DNA of 64,000 bases from NCBI RefSeq assembly GCF_009914755.1, contig NC_060941.1; one strand, written 5' to 3'. Below the pieces are notes generated by a model that made no database searches, had not been told where the DNA came from, and saw only the letters and a program-made list of their open reading frames with translations. Made by a program: the position numbers and the translations under genes. Positions 37,690-50,069 of this stretch are shown piece by piece (position 1 is the stretch's first letter; each line of letters begins with the position of its first letter). Source of the DNA: the human T2T-CHM13v2.0 reference genome, Homo sapiens.

Positions 37690-40600
37690 GGCTTCATATA
37701 AAAACTAGACAGCAGCATTCTCAGAAAACTCTTTGTGACGACTGAGTTTAACTCACAGGGCTGAACATTCCTTTGGATGGAGCAGTTTGGAAACACACTA
37801 TCTGTAGGATCTGCAAGCGGATACTTGGGCCTCTCTGAGGATTTCGTTGGAAACGGGATAAACCGCACAGAACTAAACAGAAGCATTCTCAGAACCTTCT
37901 TCGTGATGTTTGCATTCAACCCACAGTGTTGAACCTTTCTTTGATAGTTCAGGTTTGAAACACTCTTTTTGTAGAAACTGCAAGTGGATAACTGCACTTC
38001 TTTGAGGCCTATCGTAGTAAAGGAAATAACTTCCTATAAAAACAAGACAGAAGCTTTCTCAGAAAATTCTCTGGGATGATTGAGTTGAACTCACAGAGCA
38101 GTACTTTCCTTGGGATGGAGTAGTTTCGAAACACACTTTCTGTAGAATCTGCAAGTGGATATTTGGACCTGTCTGAGGAATTCGTTGCAAACGGGATAAT
38201 TTCAGCTAAGTAAACAGAAGCAGTCTCAGAATCTTCTTGTGATGGTTGCATTCAAATCCCAGAATTGAACCTTCCTTTGAAAGTTCAGGTTGGAAACACT
38301 CTTTTTGCAGGATCTACAAGTGGATATTCGGACCACTCTGTGGACTTCGTTCGAAACGGGTATATCTTCACATAACATCTAGACAGAAGCATTCTCAGAA
38401 ACTTTTCTGTGATGACTGCATTCAACTCACAGAGTTGAACACTCCTTTTGAGAGCGCAGTTTTGAAACTCTCTTTCTCTGGAATCTGCAAGGGGACATGC
38501 AGACCTCTTTGAAGGTTTCGTTGGAAACGGAATCATCTTCACATAAAAATTACACAGAAGCATCCTCAGGAACTCCTTGGTGATGTTTGTATTCAACTTC
38601 CAGAGTTGAACTTTCCTTCGGAAAGAGCAGCTATGAAACACTCTTTTTCTAGAATCTGCAAGTGGACATTGGGAGGGCTGTGAGGTTTGTGGTGGAAAAG
38701 GAAATATCTCCACATAAATACTAGATAGAAGCCTTCTCAGAAACTACTTTGTGATGATTGCATTCACCTCACGGAGTGGAGCATTCCTATTGACAGAGCA
38801 GTTGGAAACACTCTTGTTGTAGAATCTGCTAGTGGAGATTTGGAGCGCTTTGAGACCTATGGTAGTAAAAGGAAGAGCTTCACATAAAATCTAGACAGAA
38901 GCATTCTCAGAAAATACTTTGTGATGATTGAGTTTAACACACAGAGCTGAACATTCCTTTGGATGGAGAAGGTTTGAAACACACTTTCTGTAGAATCTGC
39001 GAGTGGATATTTGGACCTCTCTGAGGATTTCGTTGGAAACGGGATAACTGCACCTAACTAAACGGAAGCATTCTCACAAAATTCTTTGTGATGTTTGCAT
39101 TCAAATCCCAGAGTTGAACCTTCCTTTGATAGTTCAGCTTTGAAACACTCTTTTTGTAGGATCTGCTGGTGGATATTTGGACCACTCTTTGGCCTTCGTT
39201 CGAAACGGGTACATCTTCAAATAAAATCTAGACAGAAGCCTTCTCAGAAACTTCTCTGTGACGATTGCATTCAACTCAAAGCGTTGGACCCTCCTATGGA
39301 TAGAGCAGTTTTGAATCTCTGTTTTTGTGGAATCTGCAAGTGGATGTGTGGTCCTCTTTGAAGATGTCTTTGGAAACGGGAATATCTTCACATAAAAACT
39401 AAACAGAAGCATTCTCAGAAACTTCTCTGTGATGTTTGTGTTCAACTCACAGAGTTTCACGTTGCTTTTCATAGAGCAGATGAGAAACATGCTTTTCGTA
39501 GGGTCTGCAAGTGGACATTTGGAGAGATTTCAGGCCTGTGGTGGAAAACGAATTATCGTCACGTAAAAACTAGAGAGAAGCATTGTCAGAAACTTGTTTG
39601 TGATGACTGCATTCAACTCACAGAGTTGAAGGTTCCTTTTCAAACAGCAGTTTCCAAACACTCTTTCTGTGGCATCTGCAAGTGGATGTTTGGGCCTCTT
39701 TGAAGATTTCGTTGGAAACGGGATAATCTTCACAGAAAAGCTAAACAGAAGCATTCTCAGAAACTTCTTTGTGATGTTTGCTTTCAACTCACAGAGTTGA
39801 ACTTTCCTTTTGAGAGAGAAGCTTTGAAACACTCTTTTTCTAGAATCTGCAAGTGGATATTTGGAGGGCTTTGAGGCCTGAGGTGGAAAAGGAATTATCT
39901 TCCCGTAAGAACTAGATAGATGCATTCTCAGAAACTACTTTGTGACGATTGCATTCAAGTCACAGAGGTGAACATTCCCTTTCAGAGAGCACTTTGGAAA
40001 CTCTCGTTGTGTAGAATCTGCAAGTGGAGATATGGACCGCTTTGAGGCCTATGGTAGTAAAGGAAACGGCTTCATATAAAAACTAGACAGCAGCATTCTC
40101 AGAAAACTCTTTGTGACGACTGAGTTTAACTCACAGGGCTGAACATTCCTTTGCATGGAGCAGTTTGGAAACACACTATCTGTAGGATCTGCAAGCGGAT
40201 ACTTGGGCCTCTCTGAGGATTTCGTTGGAAACGGGATAAACCGCACAGAACTAAACAGAAGCATTCTCAGAACCTTCTTCGTGATGTTTGCATTCAACCC
40301 ACAGTGTTGAACCTTTCTTTGATAGTTCAGGTTTGAAACACTCTTTTTGTAGAAACTGCAAGTGGATAACTGCACTTCTTTGAGGCCTATCGTAGTAAAG
40401 GAAATAACTTCCTATAAAAACAAGACAGAAGCTTTCTCAGAAAATTCTCTGGGATGATTGAGTTGAACTCACAGAGCAGTACTTTCCTTGGGATGGAGTA
40501 GTTTCGAAACACACTTTCTGTAGAATCTGCAAGTGGATATTTGGACCTGTCTGAGGAATTCGTTGCAAACGGGATAATTTCAGCTAAGTAAACAGAAGCA

Positions 40601-43600
40601 GTCTCAGAATCTTCTTGTGATGGTTGCATTCAAATCCCAGAATTGAACCTTCCTTTGAAAGTTCAGGTTGGAAACACTCTTTTTGCAGGATCTACAAGTG
40701 GATATTCGGACCACTCTGTGGACTTCGTTCGAAACGGGTATATCTTCACATAACATCTAGACAGAAGCATTCTCAGAAACTTTTCTGTGATGACTGCATT
40801 CAACTCAGAGAGTTGAACACTCCTTTAGAGAGCGCAGTTTTGAAACTCTCTTTCTCTGGAATCTGCAAGGGGACATGCAGACCTCTTTGAAGGTTTCGTT
40901 GGAAACGGAATCATCTTCACATAAAAATTACACAGAAGCATCCTCAGGAACTCCTTGGTGATGTTTGTATTCAACTTCCAGAGTTGAACTTTCCTTCGGA
41001 AAGAGCAGCTATGAAACACTCTTTTTCTAGAATCTGCAAGTGGACATTGGGAGGGCTGTGAGGTTTGTGGTGGAAAAGGAAATATCTCCACATAAATACT
41101 AGATAGAAGCCTTCTCAGAAACTACTTTGTGATGATTGCATTCACCTCACGGAGTGGAGCATTCCTATTGACAGAGCAGTTGGAAACACTCTTGTTGTAG
41201 AATCTGCTAGTGGAGATTTGGAGCGCTTTGAGACCTATGGTAGTAAAAGGAAGAGCTTCACGTAAAATCTAGACAGAAGCATTCTCAGAAAATACTTTGT
41301 GATGATTGAGTTTAACACACAGAGCTGAACATTCCTTTGGATGGAGAAGGTATGAAACACACTTTCTGTAGAATCTGCGAGTGGATATTTGGACCTCTCT
41401 GAGGATTTCGTTGGAAACGGGATAACTGCACCTAACTAAACGGAAGCATTCTCACAAAATTCTTTGTGATGTTTGCATTCAAATCCCAGAGTTGAACCTT
41501 CCTTTGATAGTTCAGCTTTGAAACACTCTTTTTGTAGGATCTGCTGGTGGATATTTGGACCACTCTTTGGCCTTCGTTCGAAACGGGTACATCTTCAAAT
41601 AAAATCTAGACAGAAGCCTTCTCAGAAACTTCTCTGTGACGATTGCATTCAACTCAAAGCGTTGGACCCTCCTATGGATAGAGCAGTTTTGAATCTCTGT
41701 TTTTGTGGAATCTGCAAGTGGATGTGTGGTCCTCTTTGAAGATGTCTTTGGAAACGGGAATATCTTCACATAAAAACTAAACAGAAGCATTCTCAGAAAC
41801 TTCTCTGTGATGTTTGTGTTCAACTCACAGAGTTTCACGTTGCTTTTCATAGAGCAGATGAGAAACATGCTTTTCGTAGGGTCTGCAAGTGGACATTTGG
41901 AGAGATTTCAGGCCTGTGGTGGAAAACGAATTATCGTCACGTAAAAACTAGAGAGAAGCATTGTCAGAAACTTGTTTGTGATGACTGCATTCAACTCACA
42001 GAGTTGAAGGTTCCTTTTCAAACAGCAGTTTCCAAACACTCTTTCTGTGGCATCTGCAAGTGGATGTTTGGGCCTCTTTGAAGATTTCGTTGGAAACGGG
42101 ATAATCTTCACAGAAAAGCTAAACAGAAGCATTCTCAGAAACTTCTTTGTGATGTTTGCTTTCAACTCACAGAGTTGAACTTTCCTTTTGAGAGAGAAGC
42201 TTTGAAACACTCTTTTTCTAGAATCTGCAAGTGGATATTTGGAGGGCTTTGAGGCCTGAGGTGGAAAAGGAATTATCTTCCCGTAAGAACTAGATAGATG
42301 CATTCTCAGAAACTACTTTGTGACGATTGCATTCAAGTCACAGAGGTGAACATTCCCTTTCAGAGAGCACTTTGGAAACTCTAGTTGTGTAGAATCTGCA
42401 AGTGGAGATATGGACCTCTTTGAGGCCTATGGTAGTAAAGGAAACGGCTTCATATAAAAACTAGACAGCAGCATTCTCAGAAAACTCTTTGTGACGACTG
42501 AGTTTAACTCACAGGGCTGAACATTCCTTTGGATGGAGCAGTTTGGAAACACACTATCTGTAGGATCTGCAAGCAGATACTTGGGCCTCTCTGAGGATTT
42601 CGTTGGAAACGGGATAAACCGCACAGAACTAAACAGAAGCATTCTCAGAACCTTCTTCGTGATGTTTGCATTCAACCCACAGTGTTGAACCTTTCTTTGA
42701 TAGTTCAGGTTTGAAACACTCTTTTTGTAGAAACTGCAAGTGGATAACTGCACTTCTTTGAGGCCTATCGTAGTAAAGGAAATAACTTCCTATTAAAACA
42801 AGACAGAAGCTTTCTCAGAAAATTCTCTGGGATGATTGAGTTGAACTCAGAGAGCAGTACTTTCCTTGGGATGGAGTAGTTTCGAAACACACTTTCTGTA
42901 GAATCTGCAAGTGGATATTTGGACCTGTCTGAGGAATTCGTTGCAAACGGGATAATTTCAGCTAAGTAAACAGAAGCAGTCTCAGAATCTTCTTGTGATG
43001 GTTGCATTCAAATCCCAGAATTGAACCTTCCTTTGAAAGTTCAGGTTGGAAACACTCTTTTTGCAGGATCTACAAGTGGATATTCGGACCACTCTGTGGA
43101 CTTCGTTCGAAACGGGTATATCTTCACATAACATCTAGACAGAAGCATTCTCAGAAACTTTTCTGTGATGACTGCATTCAACTCACAGAGTTGAACACTC
43201 CTTTTGAGAGCGCAGTTTTGAAACTCTCTTTCTCTGGAATCTGCAAGGGGACATGCAGACCTCTTTGAAGGTTTCGTTGGAAACGGAATCATCTTCACAT
43301 AAAAATTACACAGAAGCATCCTCAGGAACTCCTTGGTGATGTTTGTATTCAACTTCCAGAGTTGAACTTTCCTTCGGAAAGAGCAGCTATGAAACACTCT
43401 TTTTCTAGAATCTGCAAGTGGACATTGGGAGGGCTGTGAGGTTTGTGGTGGAAAAGGAAATATCTCCACATAAATACTAGATAGAAGCCTTCTCAGAAAC
43501 TACTTTGTGATGATTGCATTCACCTCACGGAGTGGAGCATTCCTATTGACAGAGCAGTTGGAAACACTCTTGTTGTAGAATCTGCTAGTGGAGATTTGGA

Positions 43601-44100
43601 GCGCTTTGAGACCTATGGTAGTAAAAGGAAGAGCTTCACATAAAATCTAGACAGAAGCATTCTCAGAAAATACTTTGTGATGATTGAGTTTAACACACAG
43701 AGCTGAACATTCCTTTGGATGGAGAAGGTTTGAAACACACTTTCTGTAGAATCTGCGAGTGGATATTTGGACCTCTCTGAGGATTTCGTTGGAAACGGGA
43801 TAACTGCACCTAACTAAACGGAAGCATTCTCACAAAATTCTTTGTGATGTTTGCATTCAAATCCCAGAGTTGAACCTTCCTTTGATAGTTCAGCTTTGAA
43901 ACACTCTTTTTGTAGGATCTGCATGTGGATATTTGGACCACTCTTTGGCCTTCGTTCGAAACGGGTACATCTTCAAATAAAATCTAGACAGAAGCCTTCT
44001 CAGAACCTTCTCTGTGACGATTGCATTCAACTCAAAGCGTTGGAGCCTCCTATGGATAGAGCAGTTTTGAATCTCTCTTTTTGTGGAATCTGCAAGTGGA
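37690..44100 (+). repeat. Single-HOR triplication with 2378-bp period (U17-U19)
   Basis: Shared 1-bp deletion GAGCAGTTGGAAAC (vs GAGCAGTTTGGAAAC) at about 38802, 41180 and 43558, plus GAGACCTATGG, GTAAAAGG and GGAAACGGC. Confidence 0.9.
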
Positions 44101-47100
44101 TGTGTGGTCCTCTTTGAAGATGTCTTTGGAAACGGGAATATCTTCACATAAAAACTAAACAGAAGCATTCTCAGAAACTTCTCTGTGATGTTTGTGTTCA
44201 ACTCACAGAGTTTCACGTTGCTTTTCATAGAGCAGATGAGAAACATGCTTTTCGTAGGGTCTGCAAGTGGACATTTGGAGAGATTTCAGGCCTGTGGTGG
44301 AAAACGAATTATCGTCACGTAAAAACTAGAGAGAAGCATTGTCAGAAACTTGTTTGTGATGACTGCATTCAACTCACAGAGTTGAAGGTTCCTTTTCAAA
44401 CAGCAGTTTCCAAACACTCTTTCTGTGGCATCTGCAAGTGGATGTTTGGGCCTCTTTGAAGATTTCGTTGGAAACGGGATAATCTTCACAGAAAAGCTAA
44501 ACAGAAGCATTCTCAGAAACTTCTTTGTGATGTTTGCTTTCAACTCACAGAGTTGAACTTTCCTTTTGAGAGAGAAGCTTTGAAACACTCTTTTTCTAGA
44601 ATCTGCAAGTGGATATTTGGAGGGCTTTGAGGCCTGTGGTGGAAAAGGAATTATCTTCCCGTAGGAACTAGATAGATGCATTCTCAGAAACTACTTTGTG
44701 ACGATTGCATTCAAGTCACAGAGGTGAACATTCCCTTTCAGAGAGCACTTTGGAAACTCTCGTTGTGTGGAATCTGCAAGTGGAGATATGGACCGCTTTG
44801 AGGCCTATGGTAGTAAAGGAAACAGCTTCATATAAAAACTAGACAGCAGCATTCTCAGAAAACTCTTTGTGACGACTGAGTTTAACTCACAGGGCTGAAC
44901 ATTCCTTTCGATGGAGCAGTTTGGAAACACACTATCTGTAGGATCTGCAAGCGGATACTTGGGCCTCTCTGAGGATTTCGTTGGAAACGGGATAAACCGC
45001 ACAGAACTAAACAGAAGCATTCTCAGAACCTTCTTCGTGATGTTTGCATTCAACCCACAGTGTTGAACCTTTCTTTGATAGTGCAGGTTTGAAACACTCT
45101 TTTTGTAGAAACTGCAAGTGGATAACTGCACTTCTTTGAGGCCTATCGTAGTAAAGGAAATAACTTCCTATAAAAACAAGACAGAAGCTTTCTCAGAAAA
45201 TTCTCTGGGATGATTGAGTTGAACTCACAGAGCAGTACTTTCCTTGGGATGGAGTAGTTTCGAAACACACTTTCTGTAGAATCTGCAAGTGGATATTTGG
45301 ACCTGTCTGAGGAATTCGTTGCAAACGGGATAATTTCAGCTAAGTAAACAGAAGCAGTCTCAGAATCTTCTTGTGATGGTTGCATTCAAATCCCAGAATT
45401 GAACCTTCCTTTGAAAGTTCATGTTGGAAACACTCTTTTTGCAGTCTCTACAAGTGGATATTCGGACCACTCTGTGGACTTCGTTCGAAACGGGTATATC
45501 TTCACATAACATCTAGACAGAAGCATTCTCAGAAACTTTTCTGTGATGACTGCATTCAACTCAGAGAGTTGAACACTCCTTTTTGAGAGCGCAGTTTTGA
45601 AACTCTCTTTCTCTGGAATCTGCAAGGGGACATGCAGACCTCTTTGAAGGTTTCGTTGGAAACGGAATCATCTTCACATAAAAATTACACAGAAGCATCC
45701 TCAGGAACTCCTTGGTGATGTTTGTATTCAACTTCCAGAGTTGAACTTTCCTTCGGAAAGAGCAGCTATGAAACACTCTTTTTCTAGAATCTGCAAGTGG
45801 ACATTGGGAGGGCTGTGAGGTTTGTGGTGGAAAAGGAAATATCTCCACATAAATACTAGATAGAAGCCTTCTCAGAAACTACTTTGTGATGATTGCATTC
45901 ACCTCACGGAGTGGAGCATTCCTATTGACAGAGCAGTTTGGAAACACTCTTGTTGTAGAATCTGCTAGTGGAGATTTGGAGCGCTTTGAGGCCTATGGTA
46001 GTAAAGGGAAGAGCTTCACATAAAATCTAGACAGAAGCATTCTCAGAAAATACTTTGTGATGATTGAGTTTAACACACAGAGCTGAACATTCCTTTGGAT
46101 GGAGAAGGTTTGAAACACACTTTCTGTAGAATCTGCGAGTGGATATTTGGACCTCTCTGAGGATTTCGTTGGAAACGGGATAACTGCACCTAACTAAACG
46201 GAAGCATTCTCACAAAATTCTTTGTGATGTTTGCATTCAAATCCCAGAGTTGAACCTTCCTTTGATAGTCCAGCTTTGAAACACTCTTTTTGTAGGATCT
46301 GCTGGTGGATATTTGGACCACTCTTTGGCCTTCGTTCGAAACGGGTACATCTTCAAAGAAAATCTAGACAGAAGCCTTCTGAGAACCTTCTCTGTGATGA
46401 TTGCATTCAACTCAAAGCGTTGGACCCTCCTATGGATAGAGCAGTTTTGAATCTCTCTTTTTGTGGAATCTGCAAGTGGATGTGTGGTCCTCTTTGAAGA
46501 TGTCTTTGGAAACGGGAATATCTTCACATAAAAACTAAACAGAAGCATTCTCAGAAACTTCTCTGTGATGTTTGTGTTCAACTCACAGAGTTTCACGTTG
46601 CTTTTCATAGAGCAGATGAGAAACGTGCTTTTCGTAGGGTCTGCAAGTGGACATTTGGAGAGATTTCAGGCTGTGGTGGAAAACGAATTATCGTCACGTA
46701 AAAACTAGAGAGAAGCATTGTCAGAAACTTGTTTGTGATGACTGCATTCAACTCACAGAGTTGAAGGTTCCTTTTCAAACAGCAGTTTCAAAACACTCTT
46801 TCTGTGGCATCTGCAAGTGGATGTTTGGGTCTCTTTGAAGATTTCGTTGGAAACGGGATAATCTTCACAGAAAAGCTAAACAGAAGCATTCTCAGAAACT
46901 TCTTTGTGACGTTTGCTTTCAACTCACAGAGTTGAACTTTCCTTTTGAGAGAGAAGCTTTGAAACACTCTTTTTCTAGAATCTGCAAGTGGATATTTGGA
47001 GGGCTTTGAATCCTGTGGTGGAAAAGGAATTATCTTCCCGTAAGAACTAGATAGATGCATTCTCAGAAACTACTTTGTGACGATTGCATTCAAGTCACAG

Positions 47101-50069
47101 AGGTGAACATTCCCTTTCAGAGAGCACTTTGGAAACTCTCGTTGTGTAGAATCTGCAAGTGGAGATATGGACCGCTTTGAGGCCTATGGTAGTAAAGGAA
47201 ACAGCTTCATATAAAAACTAGACAGCAGCATTCTCAGAAAACTCTTTGTGACGACTGAGTTTAACTCACAGGGCTGAACATTCCTTTGGATGGAGCAGTT
47301 TGGAAACACACTATCTGTAGGATCTGCAAGCGGATACTTGGGCCTCTCTGAGGATTTCGTTGGAAACGGGATAAACCGCACAGAACTAAACAGAAGCATT
47401 CTCAGAACCTTCTTCGTGATGTTTGCATTCAACCCACAGTGTTGAACCTTTCTTTGATAGTTCAGGTTTGAAACACTCTTTTTGTAGAAACTGCAAGTGG
47501 ATAACTGCACTTCTTTGAGGCCTATCGTAGTAAAGGAAATAACTTCCTATGAAAACAAGACAGAAGCTTTCTCAGAAAATTCTCTGGGATGATTGAGTTG
47601 AACTCACAGAGCAGTACTTTCCTTGGGATGGAGTAGTTTCGAAACACACTTTCTGTAGAATCTGCAAGTGGATATTTGGACCTGTCTGAGGAATTCGTTG
47701 CAAACGGGATAATTTCAGCTAAGTAAACAGAAGCAGTCTCAGAATCTTCTTGTGATGTTTGCATTCAAATCCCAGAATGGAACCTTCCTTTGAAAGTTCA
47801 GGTTGGAAACACTCTTTTTGCAGGATCTACAAGTGGATATTCGGACCACTCTGTGGACTTCCTTCGAAACGGGTATATCTTCACATAACATCTAGACAGA
47901 AGCATTCTCAGAAACTTTTCTGTGATGACTCCATTCAACTCACAGAGTTGAACACTCCTTTTGAGAGCGCAGTTTTGAAACTCTCTTTCTCTGGAATCTG
48001 CAAGGGGACATGCAGACCTCTTTGAAGGTTTCGTTGGAAACGGAATCATCTTCACATAAAAATTACACAGAAGCATCCTCAGGAACTCCTTGGTGATGTT
48101 TGTATTCAACTTCCAGAGTTGAACTTTCCTTCGGAAAGAGCAGCTATGAAACACTCTTTTTCTAGAATCTGCAAGTGGACATTGGGAGGGCTGTGAGGTT
48201 TGTGGTGGAAAAGAAAAAATCTCCACATAAATACTAGATAGAAGCCTTCTCAGAAACTCCTTTGTGATGATTGCATTCACCTCACGGAGTGGAGCATTCC
48301 TATTGACAGAGCAGTTTGGAAACACTCTTGTTGTAGAATCGGCTAGTGGAGATTTGGAGCGCTTTGAGGCCTATGGTAGTAAAGGGAAGAGCTTCACATA
48401 AAATCTAGACAGAAGCATTCTCAGAAAATACTTTGTGATGATTGAGTTTAACACACAGAGCTGAACATTCCTTTGGATGGAGAAGGTTTGAAACACACTT
48501 TCTGTAGAATCTGCGAGTGGATATTTGGACCTCTCTGAGGATTTCGTTGGAAACGGGATAACTGCACCTAACTAAACGGAAGCATTCTCACAAAATTCTT
48601 TGTGATGTTTGCATTCAAATCCCAGAGTTGAACCTTCCTTTGATAGTTCAGCTTTGAAACACTCTTTTTGTAGGATCTGCAGGTGGATATTTGGACCACT
48701 CTTTGGCCTTCGTTCGAAACGGGTACATCTTCAAATAAAATCTAGACAGAAGCCTTCTCAGAAACTTCTCTGTGACGATTGCATTCAACTCAAAGAGTTG
48801 AACCCTCCTATGGATAGAGCAGTTTTGAATCTCTCTTTATGTGGAATCTGCAAGTGGATATGTGGTCCTCTTTGAAGATGTCTTTGGAAACGGGAATATC
48901 TTCACATAAAAACTAAACAGAAGCATTCTCAGAAACTTCTCTGTGATGTTTGTGTTCAACTCACAGAGTTTCACGTTGCTTTTCATAGAGCAGATGAGAA
49001 ACATGCTTTTCGTAGGGTCTACAAGTGGACATTTGGAGAGATTTCAGGCCTGTGGTGGAAAACGAATTATCGTCACGTAAAAACTAGAGAGAAGCATTGT
49101 CAGAAACTTGTTTGTGATGACTGCATTCCACTCACAGAGTTGAAGGTTCCTTTCCAAACAGCAGTTTCCAAACACTCTTTCTGTGGCATCTGCAAGTGGA
49201 TGTTTGGGCCTCTTTGAAGATTTCGTTGGAAACGGGATAATCTTCACAGAAAAGCTAAACAGAAGCATTCTCAGAAACTTCTTTGTGACGTTTGATTTCA
49301 ACTCACAGAGTTGAACTTTCCTTTTGAGAGAGAAGCTTTGAAACACTCTTTTTCTAGAATCTGCAAGTGGATATTTGGAGGGCTTTGATGCCTGTGGTGG
49401 AAAAGGAATTATCTTCCCGTAAGAACTAGATAGATGCATTCTCAGAAACTACTTTGTGACGATTGCATTCAAGTCACAGAGGTGAACATTCCCTTTCAGA
49501 GAGCACTTTGGAAACTCTCGTTGTGTAGAATCTGCAAGTGGAGATATGGACCGCTTTGAGGCCTATGGTAGTAAAGGAAACAGCTTCGTATAAAAACTAG
49601 ACAGCAGCATTCTCAGAAAACTCTTTGTGACGACTGAGTTTAACTCACAGGGCTGAACATTCCTTTGGATGGATCAGTTTGGAAACACACTATCTGTAGG
49701 ATCTGCAAGCGGATACTTGGGCCTCCCTGAGGATTTCGTTGGAAACGGGATAAACCGCACAGAACTAAACAGAAGCATTCTCAGAACCTTCTTCGTGATG
49801 TTTGCATTCAACCCACAGTGTTGAACCTTTCTTTGATAGTTCAGGTTTGAAACACTCTTTTTGCAGAAACTGCAAGTGGATAACTGCACTTCTTTGAGGC
49901 CTATCGTAGTAAAGGAAATAACTTCCTATAAAAACAAGACAGAAGCTTTCTCAGAAAATTCTCTGGGATGATTGAGTTGAACTCACAGAGCAGTACTTTC
50001 CTTGGGATGGAGTAGTTTCGAAACACACTTTCTGTAGAATCTGCAAGTGGATATTTGGACCTGTCTGAG

